DNA from: Dickeya dadantii NCPPB 898
GTDB taxonomy: Bacteria > Pseudomonadota > Gammaproteobacteria > Enterobacterales > Enterobacteriaceae
Assembly: GCF_000406145.1 (NCBI RefSeq)
Contig: NZ_CM001976.1
Coordinates: forward strand, 3,744,955-3,776,954
Direction of reading: 5' to 3'
Length of the DNA: 32,000 nucleotides
The position numbers were made by a program, and so were the translations under genes. Positions 9,996-20,726 of the stretch are shown in pieces. Every line of letters begins with the position of its first letter. The first letter of the stretch is position 1. The notes below the pieces were generated by a model, which saw nothing but the letters and a program-made list of their open reading frames with translations, did not search any database and was not told where the DNA came from.

Positions 9996-10086
9996 TCCCC
10001 GTCAACTCCCGCGTTAGCCCACCTCATCAACTCGCTCCGTCCTCCGATAGCAAAGAAAATCGACAGCCCGTATCAGGATAAATCAC
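9989..10086 (-). pseudogene. surE: possible remnant (both ends) of a deleted surE
   Basis: The truD-pcm spacer is only 121 bp, whereas E. coli carries surE (253 aa) there. One minus-strand frame (10072-9989) ends ...[15 protein letters not shown], and its TGA overlaps the pcm ATG. E. coli SurE ends ...QDVVSDWLNSVGVGTQW*, also overlapping the pcm start. Another frame (10086-10027) reads CRFSLLSEDGAS*, compared with the SurE N-terminus MRILLSNDDGV. The matches are short and made by eye only. Confidence 0.35.
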
Positions 10087-10116
10087 GCGTCTGAAGCCGA
10101 CAAAAACAGCCGGCTA

Positions 10117-11166
10117 TTAGGCCACCCACTCGTTTTCCTGTTGCACGGGAAGCAGCAGTTCCCGCACCACGCTGGTGGCGAAACACCCGGCCGGCAGCCA
10201 GAAGTGTAGCTCAAGCGTGGCGTCATCCCGCCATGACCAGCGCATATCCTGCGGATGTAGCATGATGGCGCGGCGCGCGCTGTCCACCCGTTCACGCGTC
10301 AGCAATGACAACAACAGCGCCTGATCCTCCAGGCATTGCTGTTCGAACGCCAGCGCCTGTTCCTGCACACCCGGTTCACCCTGCCCCGGCAATGCGGCGG
10401 TAATCTGTAGTTCGCCGGCTATCACACGCGACTGCGCGTCAGCCAATTCTTCCGGCTTGACCACAAACCAGCTGCCGCGGCCAGTCAGTTGCAGCGCATC
10501 GCCGGTCAGCACCTGCGTTGCGCCATACGTCGCCAGACGCGCACTGGTCATTAGATTGAATAATTCACTGCGAACGGCGGAAAGGTAGAAGCTGCGCTTG
10601 CTGCGATCCTTAACCCGAATCTCGTCATTCGCCCAGCGGCGGGCCTGTTCCAGATTGTTGCCGTCACGACCGAAACGCTGACTGCCGAAATAGTTGGGTA
10701 CGCCTTTACCGGCGATCAGCGCCAGACGGGCTTCAACATCGGCACGGTCGCTAACCTCGCGCAGCACCAGACTAAAATGGTTGCCGCGCAACGCGCCAAT
10801 ACGCAGTTTACGGCGATGGCGCTGCGCTTCAAGGATTTCGCACCCGTCCAGCGCGAATGCCGACCACGCCGGCTCCGTTTTGCCCGGCAAATGCAGGCAG
10901 AACCATTGTTCGGTTACCGCATGACGATCTTTCAACCCGGCATAGCTGACGGAACGCGCCGGAATTCCGGCGCACTTCGCCAGCGCTTCCGCTACAAACG
11001 TCGTGTTACAGCCGCGCTTACGAACACGCACCAGCACATGTTCGCCATCGCCATCCGGTGCAAACCCCAGATCTTCGGCGACAAAAAAATCATCCGGCGA
11101 TGCCTTCAGTACCCCCGTTGCGGCCGGTTCGCCATGCAACCAAAGCAGTGATTCACGCATTACCAT
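10117..11166 (-). CDS. truD: tRNA pseudouridine-13 synthase
   Basis: The 349-aa ORF has the same length as E. coli TruD and is colinear with it (LHG.P...G.LKA.PEDF.V.EDLGF.PDG.GEH...). Confidence 0.95.
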   Translation of the reverse strand: MVMRESLLWLHGEPAATGVLKASPDDFFVAEDLGFAPDGDGEHVLVRVRKRGCNTTFVAEALAKCAGIPARSVSYAGLKDRHAVTEQWFCLHLPGKTEPAWSAFALDGCEILEAQRHRRKLRIGALRGNHFSLVLREVSDRADVEARLALIAGKGVPNYFGSQRFGRDGNNLEQARRWANDEIRVKDRSKRSFYLSAVRSELFNLMTSARLATYGATQVLTGDALQLTGRGSWFVVKPEELADAQSRVIAGELQITAALPGQGEPGVQEQALAFEQQCLEDQALLLSLLTRERVDSARRAIMLHPQDMRWSWRDDATLELHFWLPAGCFATSVVRELLLPVQQENEWVA

Positions 11167-11657
11167 GCCACCACGCCGGTGGCGTCGCCCTTGACCAGCA
11201 AGACTACCGCTTCACAGGCAATCCCTTCGCCACGGCCGGTAAAGCCCAGTTGCTCGGTCGTAGTGGCTTTGACGTTGACATCATCCATATGCGATTGCAG
11301 ATCTTCAGCGATGTTGACGCGCATCTGCGGGATGTGCGGCGCCATTTTCGGCGCCTGTGCGATGATGGTGACATCGAGGTTGCCCAGTTGGTAACCCTTG
11401 GCGGTGATGCGACGCCAGGCTTCACGCAGCAGTTCGCGGCTGTCGATGCCGCGGTAGGCCGGATCGGTGTCGGGAAACAGTTTACCGATATCGCCCATCG
11501 CCGCCGCGCCCAACAGCGCATCGGTAACGGCATGCAACACCACGTCGCCATCGGAATGCGCCAGCAAGCCGCGTTCATAGGGAATACGCACCCCGCCGAT
11601 CACCAGCGGGCCTTCTCCGCCAAATTTATGCACATCAAAACCGTGACCGATACGCAT
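11160..11657 (-). CDS. ispF: 2-C-methyl-D-erythritol 2,4-cyclodiphosphate synthase
   Basis: [38 protein letters not shown] matches E. coli IspF. I prefer ATG at 11657 over the adjacent GTG at 11660. The 3' end overlaps the truD start. Confidence 0.95.
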   Translation of the reverse strand: MRIGHGFDVHKFGGEGPLVIGGVRIPYERGLLAHSDGDVVLHAVTDALLGAAAMGDIGKLFPDTDPAYRGIDSRELLREAWRRITAKGYQLGNLDVTIIAQAPKMAPHIPQMRVNIAEDLQSHMDDVNVKATTTEQLGFTGRGEGIACEAVVLLVKGDATGVVAW

Positions 11658-11660
11658 CAC

Positions 11661-12389
11661 TCAGGCTCCTTTATTATCTTGTTGATGATGATCCGGGCGG
11701 CGCGTCAGATAAAATTCCGCCAGCGCCAGATCTTCCGGGCGCGTGACCTTGATGTTGTCTGCCCGTCCCGGAACAATCTGCGGGCGATAACCGCAATATT
11801 CCAGCGCCGACGCCTCGTCGGTAACGGTCGCGCCTTCACGCAGCGCCCGTTCCAGGCATTCCCGCAACAGCGCCAGTGGGAACAGTTGCGGCGTCAGGGC
11901 GTGCCACAGCGCCTCGCGCTCCACCGTATGGTCGATGGCGCCATCGCGGCTTCGCTTCATGGTATCACGCACCGGCGCAGCCAGGATGCCGCCGACCTCA
12001 CTTTGCCCGGTCAGCGCCAGCAGCCGGGACAGATCGTCCTGATGCAGGCAGGGCCGCGCCGCGTCATGCACCAGCACCCAATCGGTGTGCGGCAAATGCA
12101 GTAAGCCGGCCAGCACCGAGTCGGCCCGCTGGCGGCCGCCGGTCACCAACTGAATACGCGGGTCGGCCGCGAGGGGCAGTTCGGGAAAATAACGGTCATC
12201 GGCGCTGATGGCGATTACCACCCGTTGAATACGCGGATGACGCAGTAAAGCCGCGACCGTGTGCTCAAGAATGGTTTTATTACCGATGGAAAGGTACTGC
12301 TTGGGGCGGTCGCTCTGCATCCGGCTGCCGTTTCCAGCCGCCGGCAGGACAGCAACCACCTCAGCCAAAGACTGATTTGGAGTAGACAT
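11661..12389 (-). CDS. ispD: 2-C-methyl-D-erythritol 4-phosphate cytidylyltransferase
   Basis: The 242-aa ORF carries VLPAAG.G.RMQ...[14 protein letters not shown] and ...[21 protein letters not shown], as in E. coli IspD. It abuts ispF. Confidence 0.95.
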   Translation of the reverse strand: MSTPNQSLAEVVAVLPAAGNGSRMQSDRPKQYLSIGNKTILEHTVAALLRHPRIQRVVIAISADDRYFPELPLAADPRIQLVTGGRQRADSVLAGLLHLPHTDWVLVHDAARPCLHQDDLSRLLALTGQSEVGGILAAPVRDTMKRSRDGAIDHTVEREALWHALTPQLFPLALLRECLERALREGATVTDEASALEYCGYRPQIVPGRADNIKVTRPEDLALAEFYLTRRPDHHQQDNKGA

Positions 12390-12391
12390 AC

Positions 12392-12730
12392 CTAGCGAGA
12401 CGTCGATGATGAAGTGGAAGGGGCCGGCGACGGGTTTGCACCGACGCGGCGATCCGCCGGGTCGGCCACCAGACGATAAAAGCTTTCTCCGGGTTTGGTC
12501 ATGCCCAGCTCGTTGCGCGCCCGCTCCTCAATAGCCTCCTGACCACCATTGAGATCGTCTATTTCCGCAAACAGCTGTTCGTTGCGGGATTTCAGTTTGA
12601 CGTTGTTGGCCTGTTGCACCGCCACGTCATCCTTCACCCGCACGTAATCATGAACACCGTTTTTCCCCAGCCAGAGCGAATATTGCAACCAACCGAGAAG
12701 AATCAACAATAAAAGCGAAAGTTTTCCCAT
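12392..12730 (-). CDS. ftsB: cell division protein FtsB
   Basis: [29 protein letters not shown]... is colinear with E. coli FtsB. It carries a short Ser/Thr/Pro-rich C-terminal tail not present in E. coli. Confidence 0.94.
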   Translation of the reverse strand: MGKLSLLLLILLGWLQYSLWLGKNGVHDYVRVKDDVAVQQANNVKLKSRNEQLFAEIDDLNGGQEAIEERARNELGMTKPGESFYRLVADPADRRVGANPSPAPSTSSSTSR

Positions 12731-12944
12731 CCAGCCCCCTGAAAAGCCGCCTAATCATCCCATAACTTTTATCAGGACTCCACCTTCACCAACAATTCCC
12801 CTCTGGTGGGAAAAAGTCAGGCGAACGCTGGGAGGGAAGGATAAAATTACTCACACAGGGAAATAGTTTCGGTAAGAAACAAAACAGTCTGAAATCGGTT
12901 TCTCTAAAATCGATATCCTGATGATATGTGCTACTTGCGAGCGG

Positions 12945-13292
12945 TTACCATCCGGTGATCAATAAGAACACCAACCAGAACACGCCTGGAATGCTAACCG
13001 CGCAGCAGACCATCATCCACACCACATGATTCGGCAACAACAGGCGAAACAGCATGCCTATCAATACCGACAGGGGCATCAACGCCAGAAAAAAGGGCCA
13101 GGTGTAAAGCATCAGCAACAGCGTGGAGTTCAGGCCATACACGATAAACGGCAGAGAGAAGGCCAGCCAGTAAAAACAGAAACCAGCCAGCGCGCCTACC
13201 AGCGGGCTACAAGAAACGCAGGACGCGTCCTCCCCCTCGTCATGGTCGGCTTGCGTATTGCTATCAGGTAATGGCGTCACACTCTGCATCAT
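12945..13292 (-). CDS. ygbE: small inner-membrane protein, YgbE/DUF3561 family
   Basis: The 115-aa ORF has an acidic N-terminus followed by predicted TM helices. The motif YTWPFFLALMP is shared with E. coli YgbE. The position between ftsB and cysC is also the same. Confidence 0.8.
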   Translation of the reverse strand: MMQSVTPLPDSNTQADHDEGEDASCVSCSPLVGALAGFCFYWLAFSLPFIVYGLNSTLLLMLYTWPFFLALMPLSVLIGMLFRLLLPNHVVWMMVCCAVSIPGVFWLVFLLITGW

Positions 13293-13410
13293 CGTTCCTG
13301 CTTTACCCCATCACCGGGTAACCGTTGGGCCTTAAGACTGCCCCTTCGTCAGACCATCGGCAGCGAGACAAAACACGCATACCGTAGCCTGCAAAGGGGC
13401 AAGCTGAGGC

Positions 13411-14034
13411 TTAGATGATAGCTCGACCGTGCAGCATATCTAATAATTCAGCGACTAAATTTGTTACCAATTGTTGGCCGTCCAGATGCAATTCCGGCTG
13501 TTCCGGCGCCTCATAAACCGCGTCAATACCGGTGAAGTTGCGCAACTCACCGGCACGGGCTTTCCGGTATAAACCTTTGGGGTCGCGGGCTTCACAAATA
13601 GCCAGCGGCGTATCGACGAACACTTCAAGAAACTGCTCCTGATCAAGCAGTTCTCGAACCATCTGCCGTTCAGCACGGTGCGGAGAGATAAACGCGGTTA
13701 ATACAACCAGACCGGCATCGACCATCAACCGGGCCACTTCCCCCACCCGGCGAATGTTCTCGCGCCGGTCATCATCGCTGAATCCCAGATCACGACACAG
13801 CCCGTGCCGGACGTTATCACCATCCAGCAAATAGGTACTCACGCCACGGGCAAACAAGGCCTGCTCCAGTGCGCCGGCCAGCGTAGATTTGCCGGAACCG
13901 GACAGCCCGGTGAACCACACCACCACGCCACGATGCCCGTGTTGACGTTCACGGTCTTCGCGTGTGACCGGATGGTCGTGCCACACCACATTGTTATCGG
14001 CCGGCGCGCCCGGCCGGGCCTGCGTTTGCGCCAC
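13411..14034 (-). CDS. cysC: adenylyl-sulfate (APS) kinase
   Basis: The GTG start lies 1 nt after the cysN stop. The P-loop GLSGSGKST is present, and the ORF is near-identical to E. coli CysC across the core. Confidence 0.95.
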   Translation of the reverse strand: MAQTQARPGAPADNNVVWHDHPVTREDRERQHGHRGVVVWFTGLSGSGKSTLAGALEQALFARGVSTYLLDGDNVRHGLCRDLGFSDDDRRENIRRVGEVARLMVDAGLVVLTAFISPHRAERQMVRELLDQEQFLEVFVDTPLAICEARDPKGLYRKARAGELRNFTGIDAVYEAPEQPELHLDGQQLVTNLVAELLDMLHGRAII

Positions 14035-14035
14035 G

Positions 14036-15463
14036 TTATTTTCCTCCCAGCAGATCGCGCGCGCCCCAGTGCGGGAAGTGGCGGCGAATCAGCGCATTCA
14101 GTTCCAGCTCAAAAGCGCTGTAGTTACCGGCTTCCGCTTCCTCCAGCTCAACCGGCTCACGCACCAGCCCGGCGCCGACCGTCACGTTGCTTAGGCGATC
14201 GATGAAAATCATGCCGCCGGTGACAGCGTTGTGCTGATATTTGTCCAGCACCAGTGGTTCATCAAAGGTCAGTTCGACCAGACCAATGCCGTTGAGCGGC
14301 AGCGACTCGGTAACCCGCTGGGTCAGGGTATTGATTTCCACCTGATAGTCGATGTTTTCCACCCGCGCGCGGGTTTTCTTACCGGCAATTTTGATGTCGT
14401 AGCTCTGTCCCGGCACCAGCGGCTGTTCCGCCATCCAGACCACATCCACCTTCGCGCTGCGTACCGGCTGGAGCGTTTCCTCGCTGCCGACCAGCAGGTC
14501 GCCGCGGCTGATATCGACTTCGCTGGACAGCACCAGCGTCACCGCTTCGCCAGCCTGCGCCTGTTGCAGGTCGCCATCAAAGGTGACGATACGACTGACG
14601 CTGGACTCCACACCCGACGGCAGCACCTTCACACGCTGCCCGACTCGCACCACTCCAGACGCCACCGTGCCGGCGTAGCCGCGAAAATCCAGGTTCGGAC
14701 GATTGACATACTGCACCGGAAAACGCATCGGCTGGCTCAGGCTGCGGGAGGAAACATTGACCGTCTCCAGCACATCCAACAGCGTCGGGCCGTGATACCA
14801 GCTCATGGTCGTGCTCGGCGTCGCGACATTGTCGCCATCCAGCGCGGAAATCGGCACAAACGTAATATCCAGATCCGTCGGCAACTGACCGGCGAAGTCC
14901 AGATAGTCCTGCTTGAACCGATCAAAGACCGCCTGCTGATACTCCACCAGATCCATCTTGTTGACCGCCACCACCAGATGGCGAATCCCCAGCAGCGTGG
15001 CGATAAAACTGTGGCGACGGGTCTGATCCAGTACGCCCTTGCGCGCGTCGATCAGCAGGATCGCCAGTTCGCAGGTGGACGCACCGGTCGCCATGTTGCG
15101 GGTGTACTGCTCATGCCCCGGCGTATCGGCGATGATGAACTTGCGTTTTTCCGTGGAAAAATAGCGATAAGCCACATCAATGGTGATGCCCTGCTCGCGC
15201 TCGGCCTGCAGGCCGTCCACCAACAGCGCCAGATCGAGCTTTTCGCCCTGAGTGCCAAGGCGCTTGCTGTCATTGTGCAGCGTAGAAAGCTGATCTTCGT
15301 AAATCTGACGAGTATCGTGCAACAACCGGCCAATCAGGGTGCTTTTGCCATCGTCAACGCTGCCGCAGGTCAGAAAACGCAACAGGCTTTTGTTCTGCTG
15401 TGCGTGAAGATAAGCCTCAACCCCGCCCTGATCGGCAATCTGTTTTGCAATACTATGATTCAT
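14036..15463 (-). CDS. cysN: sulfate adenylyltransferase subunit 1 (GTPase)
   Basis: The 475-aa ORF has GTPase motifs [14 protein letters not shown] and NKMD. It is colinear with E. coli CysN. Confidence 0.96.
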   Translation of the reverse strand: MNHSIAKQIADQGGVEAYLHAQQNKSLLRFLTCGSVDDGKSTLIGRLLHDTRQIYEDQLSTLHNDSKRLGTQGEKLDLALLVDGLQAEREQGITIDVAYRYFSTEKRKFIIADTPGHEQYTRNMATGASTCELAILLIDARKGVLDQTRRHSFIATLLGIRHLVVAVNKMDLVEYQQAVFDRFKQDYLDFAGQLPTDLDITFVPISALDGDNVATPSTTMSWYHGPTLLDVLETVNVSSRSLSQPMRFPVQYVNRPNLDFRGYAGTVASGVVRVGQRVKVLPSGVESSVSRIVTFDGDLQQAQAGEAVTLVLSSEVDISRGDLLVGSEETLQPVRSAKVDVVWMAEQPLVPGQSYDIKIAGKKTRARVENIDYQVEINTLTQRVTESLPLNGIGLVELTFDEPLVLDKYQHNAVTGGMIFIDRLSNVTVGAGLVREPVELEEAEAGNYSAFELELNALIRRHFPHWGARDLLGGK

Positions 15464-15474
15464 TTGACGATTCC

Positions 15475-16383
15475 TCAGAAATACCCTTGACGCTTTTTCA
15501 GCTCCATGGAGCCGGCCTGATCGCGGTCAATCACCCGTCCCTGACGTTCGCTGGTGGTCGACACCAGCATCTCTTCGATGATTTCCGGCAGCGTTTGCGC
15601 CTGCGATTCCACCGCGCCGGTCAACGGCCAGCAGCCGAGCGTACGGAACCGCACCATGCGCTGGGCAATCACCTCGCCCGGTTGCAGGTCAATACGGTCG
15701 TCGTCCACCATCAGCAACATACCGTCGCGCTCCAGTACCGGACGCTCGGCGGCCAGATACAGCGGCACGATATCGATGTTTTCCAGATAGATGTACTGCC
15801 AGATATCCAGTTCGGTCCAGTTGGACAGCGGGAATACGCGGATGCTCTCCCCCTTGTTGATCTGGCCGTTATAGTTGTTCCACAGCTCCGGGCGCTGATT
15901 TTTCGGGTCCCAACGATGGAAACGATCGCGGAAAGAGTAGATACGCTCTTTGGCGCGAGATTTCTCTTCATCACGGCGGGCGCCGCCGAACGCGGCGTCA
16001 AAGCCGTACTTGTCCAGCGCCTGTTTCAACCCTTCGGTTTTCATGATGTCGGTATGCTTGGCGCTGCCGTGCACAAACGGGTTGATGCCCATCGCTACCC
16101 CTTCCGGGTTGCGGTGCACCAGCAGCTCGCAGCCGTAGGCTTTGGCGGTACGATCGCGGAATTGGTACATTTCGCGGAATTTCCAACCGGTATCCACATG
16201 CAGCAGCGGGAACGGCAGCGTGCCCGGAAAGAACGCCTTACGGGCCAGATGCAGCATCACGGAGGAATCCTTACCGATGGAATACAGCATCACCGGGTTG
16301 CCGAACTCAGCCGCTACCTCACGAATGATATGAATACTTTCCGCTTCAAGCTGTTTTAAATGCGTGAGTCTTTTCTCGTCCAT
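15475..16383 (-). CDS. cysD: sulfate adenylyltransferase subunit 2
   Basis: The 302-aa ORF has a PAPS-reductase-fold motif (YSIGKDSSV) and is near-identical to E. coli CysD. Confidence 0.96.
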   Translation of the reverse strand: MDEKRLTHLKQLEAESIHIIREVAAEFGNPVMLYSIGKDSSVMLHLARKAFFPGTLPFPLLHVDTGWKFREMYQFRDRTAKAYGCELLVHRNPEGVAMGINPFVHGSAKHTDIMKTEGLKQALDKYGFDAAFGGARRDEEKSRAKERIYSFRDRFHRWDPKNQRPELWNNYNGQINKGESIRVFPLSNWTELDIWQYIYLENIDIVPLYLAAERPVLERDGMLLMVDDDRIDLQPGEVIAQRMVRFRTLGCWPLTGAVESQAQTLPEIIEEMLVSTTSERQGRVIDRDQAGSMELKKRQGYF

Positions 16384-16393
16384 AACCTTAACC

Positions 16394-17815
16394 TTAAGCC
16401 AGATTCACCACGGCCGAGCGCCCGTCAGTCGGCGTCATCCGCGCTTGTTCACCAAACCAGGCGATGTGTTGATGCAAATTCACCACCTCGCCAATTACCA
16501 GCAGCGCCGGCGTCGGAGCCTGCTGCGCCAGTTGTTCCAGTTCCGCCAGCGTGCCGGTCAGCACTTGCTGATCCTGTCGCGTACCGCGGCCGATGACCGC
16601 CACCGGCGTATGCGGCGCCCGGCCATGCGCGATCAGTTGCTGGCTGATTTCCGCCGACTTGACCGTACCCATATAGATAGCCAAGGTTTGTCGGCCGCGC
16701 GCCAGCGTCGACCACTCCAGCGCATCGCCATCCGGGCGGCAATGCCCGGTGATAAATATCACGCTCTGCGCGTAATCCCGGTGCGTCAGCGGAATGCCGG
16801 CATACGCCGTGGCGCCGGCCGCCGCGGTGATGCCCGGCACCACCTGAAATGGAATGCCCGCCTGCGCCACCTGTTGCAGCTCTTCGCCGCCGCGACCGAA
16901 AATAAAGGGATCGCCGCCTTTCAGCCGCACCACCCGTTTGCCTTCCTGCGCCAGCTTCACCAGCAGCGCGTTAATCTCGTCTTGCGGCAGCAGATGCGCG
17001 CTGGCGCGTTTGCCGACGCAAATCCGCTCCGCATCGCGGCGCACCAGATCCAGCACCTCATCGCTGACCAGATGATCGTAAAGCACCACATCCGCCTGCT
17101 GAATCACCTGCAAGCCACGCAACGTCAGCAAACCGGCATCGCCCGGCCCGGCGCCCACCAGCGCCACCTCGCCTTGCTTAACATCGGGCTGCGCCAGTTG
17201 TTGTTCCAGTTCCTGCTCGGCCTGCGCCAGTTGCCCGGCAGCCACCAGACTGGAGAAACGCCCGGTAAAAATACGCTCCCAAAAACGACGGCGTTCCGTT
17301 ACCGACGCCAGCCGCTGCTTGATGCGACCACGCCATTTTCCGGCCAGCTCCGCCATCAGCCCCAGACGGGCAGGCAGCAGCGCCTCCAGTTTCTCCCGCA
17401 GCAAACGCGCCAGCACCGGCGCCTGACCGCCGGACGAAATCGCCACCATCAGCGGCGAGCGGTCAATCAGCGAGGGAAAAATGAATGAGCATTTGGGCTG
17501 GTCATCCACCACATTGACCAGCAATTGGCGGCGATTGGCTTCCTCGAACACCGTGGCATTCAGCGCGGCATCATCGGTCGCGGCAATCACCAGAAACACG
17601 CTATCCAGCAGCGCGGGCGAGAACTCCTGCGCCACCCATGCCAGCCGGCCCGTCTGATGCTGCGCGTGCAGCGGTTCGCACAGCGCGCGCGCCGCTACCC
17701 GAACATCAGCCCCGGCGCGTTGCAGCAGGTCAATCTTGCGTGTTGCCACCTCACCGCCCCCGACAACCAGCACAGGGCGTTGCCGGAGATCGGCGAATAT
17801 AGGGAGATAGTTCAC
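16394..17815 (-). CDS. cysG: siroheme synthase (uroporphyrinogen-III methyltransferase / precorrin-2 dehydrogenase / ferrochelatase)
   Basis: The 473-aa ORF has a GTG start. The N-terminal Rossmann motif ([12 protein letters not shown]) and the C-terminal SUMT domain ([26 protein letters not shown]) are colinear with E. coli CysG. Its stop lies only 10 nt upstream of the cysD start, so a cysGDNC operon is likely. Confidence 0.94.
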   Translation of the reverse strand: MNYLPIFADLRQRPVLVVGGGEVATRKIDLLQRAGADVRVAARALCEPLHAQHQTGRLAWVAQEFSPALLDSVFLVIAATDDAALNATVFEEANRRQLLVNVVDDQPKCSFIFPSLIDRSPLMVAISSGGQAPVLARLLREKLEALLPARLGLMAELAGKWRGRIKQRLASVTERRRFWERIFTGRFSSLVAAGQLAQAEQELEQQLAQPDVKQGEVALVGAGPGDAGLLTLRGLQVIQQADVVLYDHLVSDEVLDLVRRDAERICVGKRASAHLLPQDEINALLVKLAQEGKRVVRLKGGDPFIFGRGGEELQQVAQAGIPFQVVPGITAAAGATAYAGIPLTHRDYAQSVIFITGHCRPDGDALEWSTLARGRQTLAIYMGTVKSAEISQQLIAHGRAPHTPVAVIGRGTRQDQQVLTGTLAELEQLAQQAPTPALLVIGEVVNLHQHIAWFGEQARMTPTDGRSAVVNLA

Positions 17816-18263
17816 AGATGCCTTTACTAAGCTAAAAATTCTATAAAGCGACTATAAAACGTGAAGAGAAAGGTTATGAAATGCCGAATTAGTATGATTA
17901 GTTCCGTAATGGAATAACAAACTATGCGGGAAAGAATAAAAACGCTTAATAACGGTTTTTACACTTCACGTTCACCTGTGCCTGCGCCGGACAGACAGCA
18001 CCATCAGTACGCAGGCGATGACGTTTCACAAAAATACGGCTGACAGTTCCCCAAACGCCGTTAAAGCAGCAATGACCACACGCCTGATGCTCGCGCCGGA
18101 GAATGTCACACCGCCCGGCCGAATCATGTCGGATAGCTACGTCAGATGACTGCTCGTGATTATCATACAGGTTAATCAGCGTCTGGTTGATACCCGCTAT
18201 CGGGATGGATGGATTTCTGTGCTGCTGATGTCACCGCGTTCGTAGCGCATCAGGCGGCGACCA

Positions 18264-18998
18264 TCAGCCTTCATGCAGCCCACATTCGCGTTTCAGGCCG
18301 AAGAAACGGGTTTCTTCCTCGCTCATGCCCGGTTCCCACTTGCGGGTGGTATGGGTATCGCCCACCGACAGATAGCCCTGTTCCCATAGCGGGTGGTAGC
18401 TCAATCCGTTGGCTTTCAGGTACTGGTACACCGTGCGGTTATCCCAGTCGATGATCGGCAAAAACTTGAATACCCCGCGTTTGATCGCCAGCACCGGCAA
18501 TCCTTCGCGGCTGTCCGATTGTTCACGGCGCAGACCAGCGAACCAGGTGCCGGCGCGCAGTTCTTGTAACGCCCGATCCATCGGCTCGACTTTATTGATC
18601 TGGTTGTACTGCTCAATGCCTTCCAGCCCCTGCTCCCACAGCTTGCCGTAACGCGCCTCCTGCCAGGCAGGAGACTGTGCGGCACGGTAAACCTGCAGGT
18701 TAAGAGCCAACTGTTCGGTCAGTTGGTCGATGAACTGATACGTCTCCGTAAACAGATAACCGGTATCGGTGAGGATAACCGGAATATCCGGCCGCTGTCG
18801 GGTAACCAAATGCAGGCACACCGCCGCCTGAATGCCGAAACTGGAGGAAAGCACAAACTCGCCCGGCAAGTTTTCCAGCGCCCAGCTGACGCGCTCCTGC
18901 GCGGACAGATTCTCCAGCTGTTCGTTGACGTCCGCCAGCGCGGCGGTCTGTTCCGGTTGGGGCAAGGCGCGCAGCGCCTCCAGATTCAGCGTAGACAT
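18264..18998 (-). CDS. cysH: phosphoadenosine phosphosulfate (PAPS) reductase
   Basis: The 244-aa ORF ends in ECGLHEG and is colinear with E. coli CysH. Confidence 0.96.
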   Translation of the reverse strand: MSTLNLEALRALPQPEQTAALADVNEQLENLSAQERVSWALENLPGEFVLSSSFGIQAAVCLHLVTRQRPDIPVILTDTGYLFTETYQFIDQLTEQLALNLQVYRAAQSPAWQEARYGKLWEQGLEGIEQYNQINKVEPMDRALQELRAGTWFAGLRREQSDSREGLPVLAIKRGVFKFLPIIDWDNRTVYQYLKANGLSYHPLWEQGYLSVGDTHTTRKWEPGMSEEETRFFGLKRECGLHEG

Positions 18999-19010
18999 CA
19001 GGTTCTCCTG

Positions 19011-20726
19011 TCAGTCGTAAAAATCAACGGCGGGGTCCAGCACCGGTTTAATGATGCCGACGCGGATCGCAAAATCGCCAAACCCTTCGCCGTTCTCGCG
19101 TTCGCTGGCCCAGCGCCCGACCAGTTGGTCGATATCGGCCAGAATCTCTTTCTCGGTGATGTTTTCCCGATACATGCGCGGAATACGCGTGCCTTCGCGG
19201 TTACCGCCGATATGCAGGTTGTAGCGGCCGATGGCTTTGCCCACCAGGCCGATTTCCGCCAGCATGGCGCGGCCACAGCCATTAGGGCAACCGGTCACGC
19301 GCAACACGATATGGTCATCACCCACGCCGTGTTTCTGCATAATGCCTTCCACCTGCGTGACAAACTCCGGCAGGAAGCGCTCGGCCTCAGCCATCGCCAG
19401 CGGGCAGGTCGGCAGCGATACGCAGGCCATCGAATTCTGCCGCTGCTCGGTAACGCTATCGTCGATCAGGCCGTACTGGCGCGCCAGCGCCTCGATTTTG
19501 GCTTTGTCGCGAGTGGCAACGCCGGCCACGATCAGGTTCTGGTTAGCGGTAAGCCGGAAATCGCCTTTATGGATTTTGGCGATTTCCGCCATGCCGGTTT
19601 TCAGTGGGCGCCCCGGATAATCCAGAATGCGACCGTTTTCAATGAACAGGGTCAGGTGCCATTTATTGTCGATCCCCTTCACCCAGCCGATGCGATCGCC
19701 GCGACCGGTGAAGGCATACGGACGAACGGGTTCAAAAGTGATGCCGGCGCGGCGTTCCACTTCCTGTTTGAAAGTCTCGACGCCTACCCGTTCGAGCGTG
19801 TATTTAGTCTTGGCGTTCTTGCGGTTGGTGCGATTGCCCCAGTCGCGCTGGGTGGTCACCACCGCCTCAGCCACCGCCAGCGTATGCGCTAATGGAATAT
19901 AGCCCAATTCGCTGGCCGTACGCGGATAGGTCGCCTTGTCGCCGTGGGCGATAGACAGGCCGCCCCCCACCAATACGTTAAAACCTACCAGTTGGTTGTT
20001 ATCTGAAATGGCAACAAAGTTTAAATCGTTGGCGTGCAGGTCCACATCGTTCTGCGGCGGGATCACCACCGTGGTCTTGAACTTGCGCGGCAGATAGGTC
20101 GCCCCCAGAATCGGCTCCTCGTCGGTGGTGGCGACTTTTTCCTTATCCAGCCACACCTCGGCGTAGGCGCGGGTGCGCGGCAGCAGGTGTTCGGAAATCG
20201 TCTTCGCCCATTCATAAGCCTGCTGATGCAGTTCAGATTCCACCGGGTTAGAGGTGCACAGCACGTTACGGTTGACGTCGTTGGCGGTCGCCAACGCATC
20301 CAGCCCAACCGCATGCAGCAGTTGGTGAGCGGATTTCAGATCGGTTTTCAGAATGCCGTGAAACTGGAACGTCTGACGGTTGGTGATGCGGATGCTGCCG
20401 TACAGCGTTTTTTCACCGGCGAACTGGTCGATGCCGAGCCACTGCTTCGGCGTCATCACCCCGCCCGGCAGGCGGCAGCGCAGCATCATGGCATGACGCG
20501 GTTCCAGCTTCTGTTCCGCGCGTTCGGCGCGAATATCGCGGTCATCCTGCTGATACATGCCGTGAAAGCGAATCAGCAGAAAGTTGTCGCCGTTAAAGCC
20601 GCCGGTCAGGCCGTCGCTCAAATCTTCCGTAATCGTACCGCGCAGGTAATTGCTTTCCAGCTTAAGGCGCTCGGCGTCAGCCAGCTTGCCCTCGACCACC
20701 AGCGGACCAGAATATCTTTCGCTCAT
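19011..20726 (-). CDS. cysI: sulfite reductase hemoprotein beta-component
   Basis: The 571-aa ORF has a siroheme/4Fe-4S cysteine cluster ([16 protein letters not shown] ... TGCPNGCGR) and is colinear with E. coli CysI. Confidence 0.96.
   Translation of the reverse strand: MSERYSGPLVVEGKLADAERLKLESNYLRGTITEDLSDGLTGGFNGDNFLLIRFHGMYQQDDRDIRAERAEQKLEPRHAMMLRCRLPGGVMTPKQWLGIDQFAGEKTLYGSIRITNRQTFQFHGILKTDLKSAHQLLHAVGLDALATANDVNRNVLCTSNPVESELHQQAYEWAKTISEHLLPRTRAYAEVWLDKEKVATTDEEPILGATYLPRKFKTTVVIPPQNDVDLHANDLNFVAISDNNQLVGFNVLVGGGLSIAHGDKATYPRTASELGYIPLAHTLAVAEAVVTTQRDWGNRTNRKNAKTKYTLERVGVETFKQEVERRAGITFEPVRPYAFTGRGDRIGWVKGIDNKWHLTLFIENGRILDYPGRPLKTGMAEIAKIHKGDFRLTANQNLIVAGVATRDKAKIEALARQYGLIDDSVTEQRQNSMACVSLPTCPLAMAEAERFLPEFVTQVEGIMQKHGVGDDHIVLRVTGCPNGCGRAMLAEIGLVGKAIGRYNLHIGGNREGTRIPRMYRENITEKEILADIDQLVGRWASERENGEGFGDFAIRVGIIKPVLDPAVDFYD

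Noticed and set aside
11058-12104. 348-aa plus-strand ORF antisense to truD/ispF/ispD
   Set aside because: It spans three real genes on the other strand and has Arg/His/Gln-rich composition. The same reasoning rejects 14231-15490 and 15400-16359 (antisense to cysN/cysD), 16364-17488 (antisense to cysG), 18723-19892 and 20034-20729 (antisense to cysI), 20807-21475 and 22136-22606 (antisense to cysJ), 25182-26144 (antisense to the binding-protein gene), 26768-27466 (antisense to GH28), 29232-29813 (antisense to the MBL gene) and 30538-31308 (antisense to rhiN).
17816-18263. Search for a CRISPR array or cas remnant between cysG and cysH, where E. coli K-12 has its type I-E locus
   Set aside because: Only single, short resemblances to repeat starts were seen: AGTTCCCC at about 18045 and GTTCAC plus a small stem at about 17968. 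There is no periodic repeat-spacer structure and no cas-like ORF.
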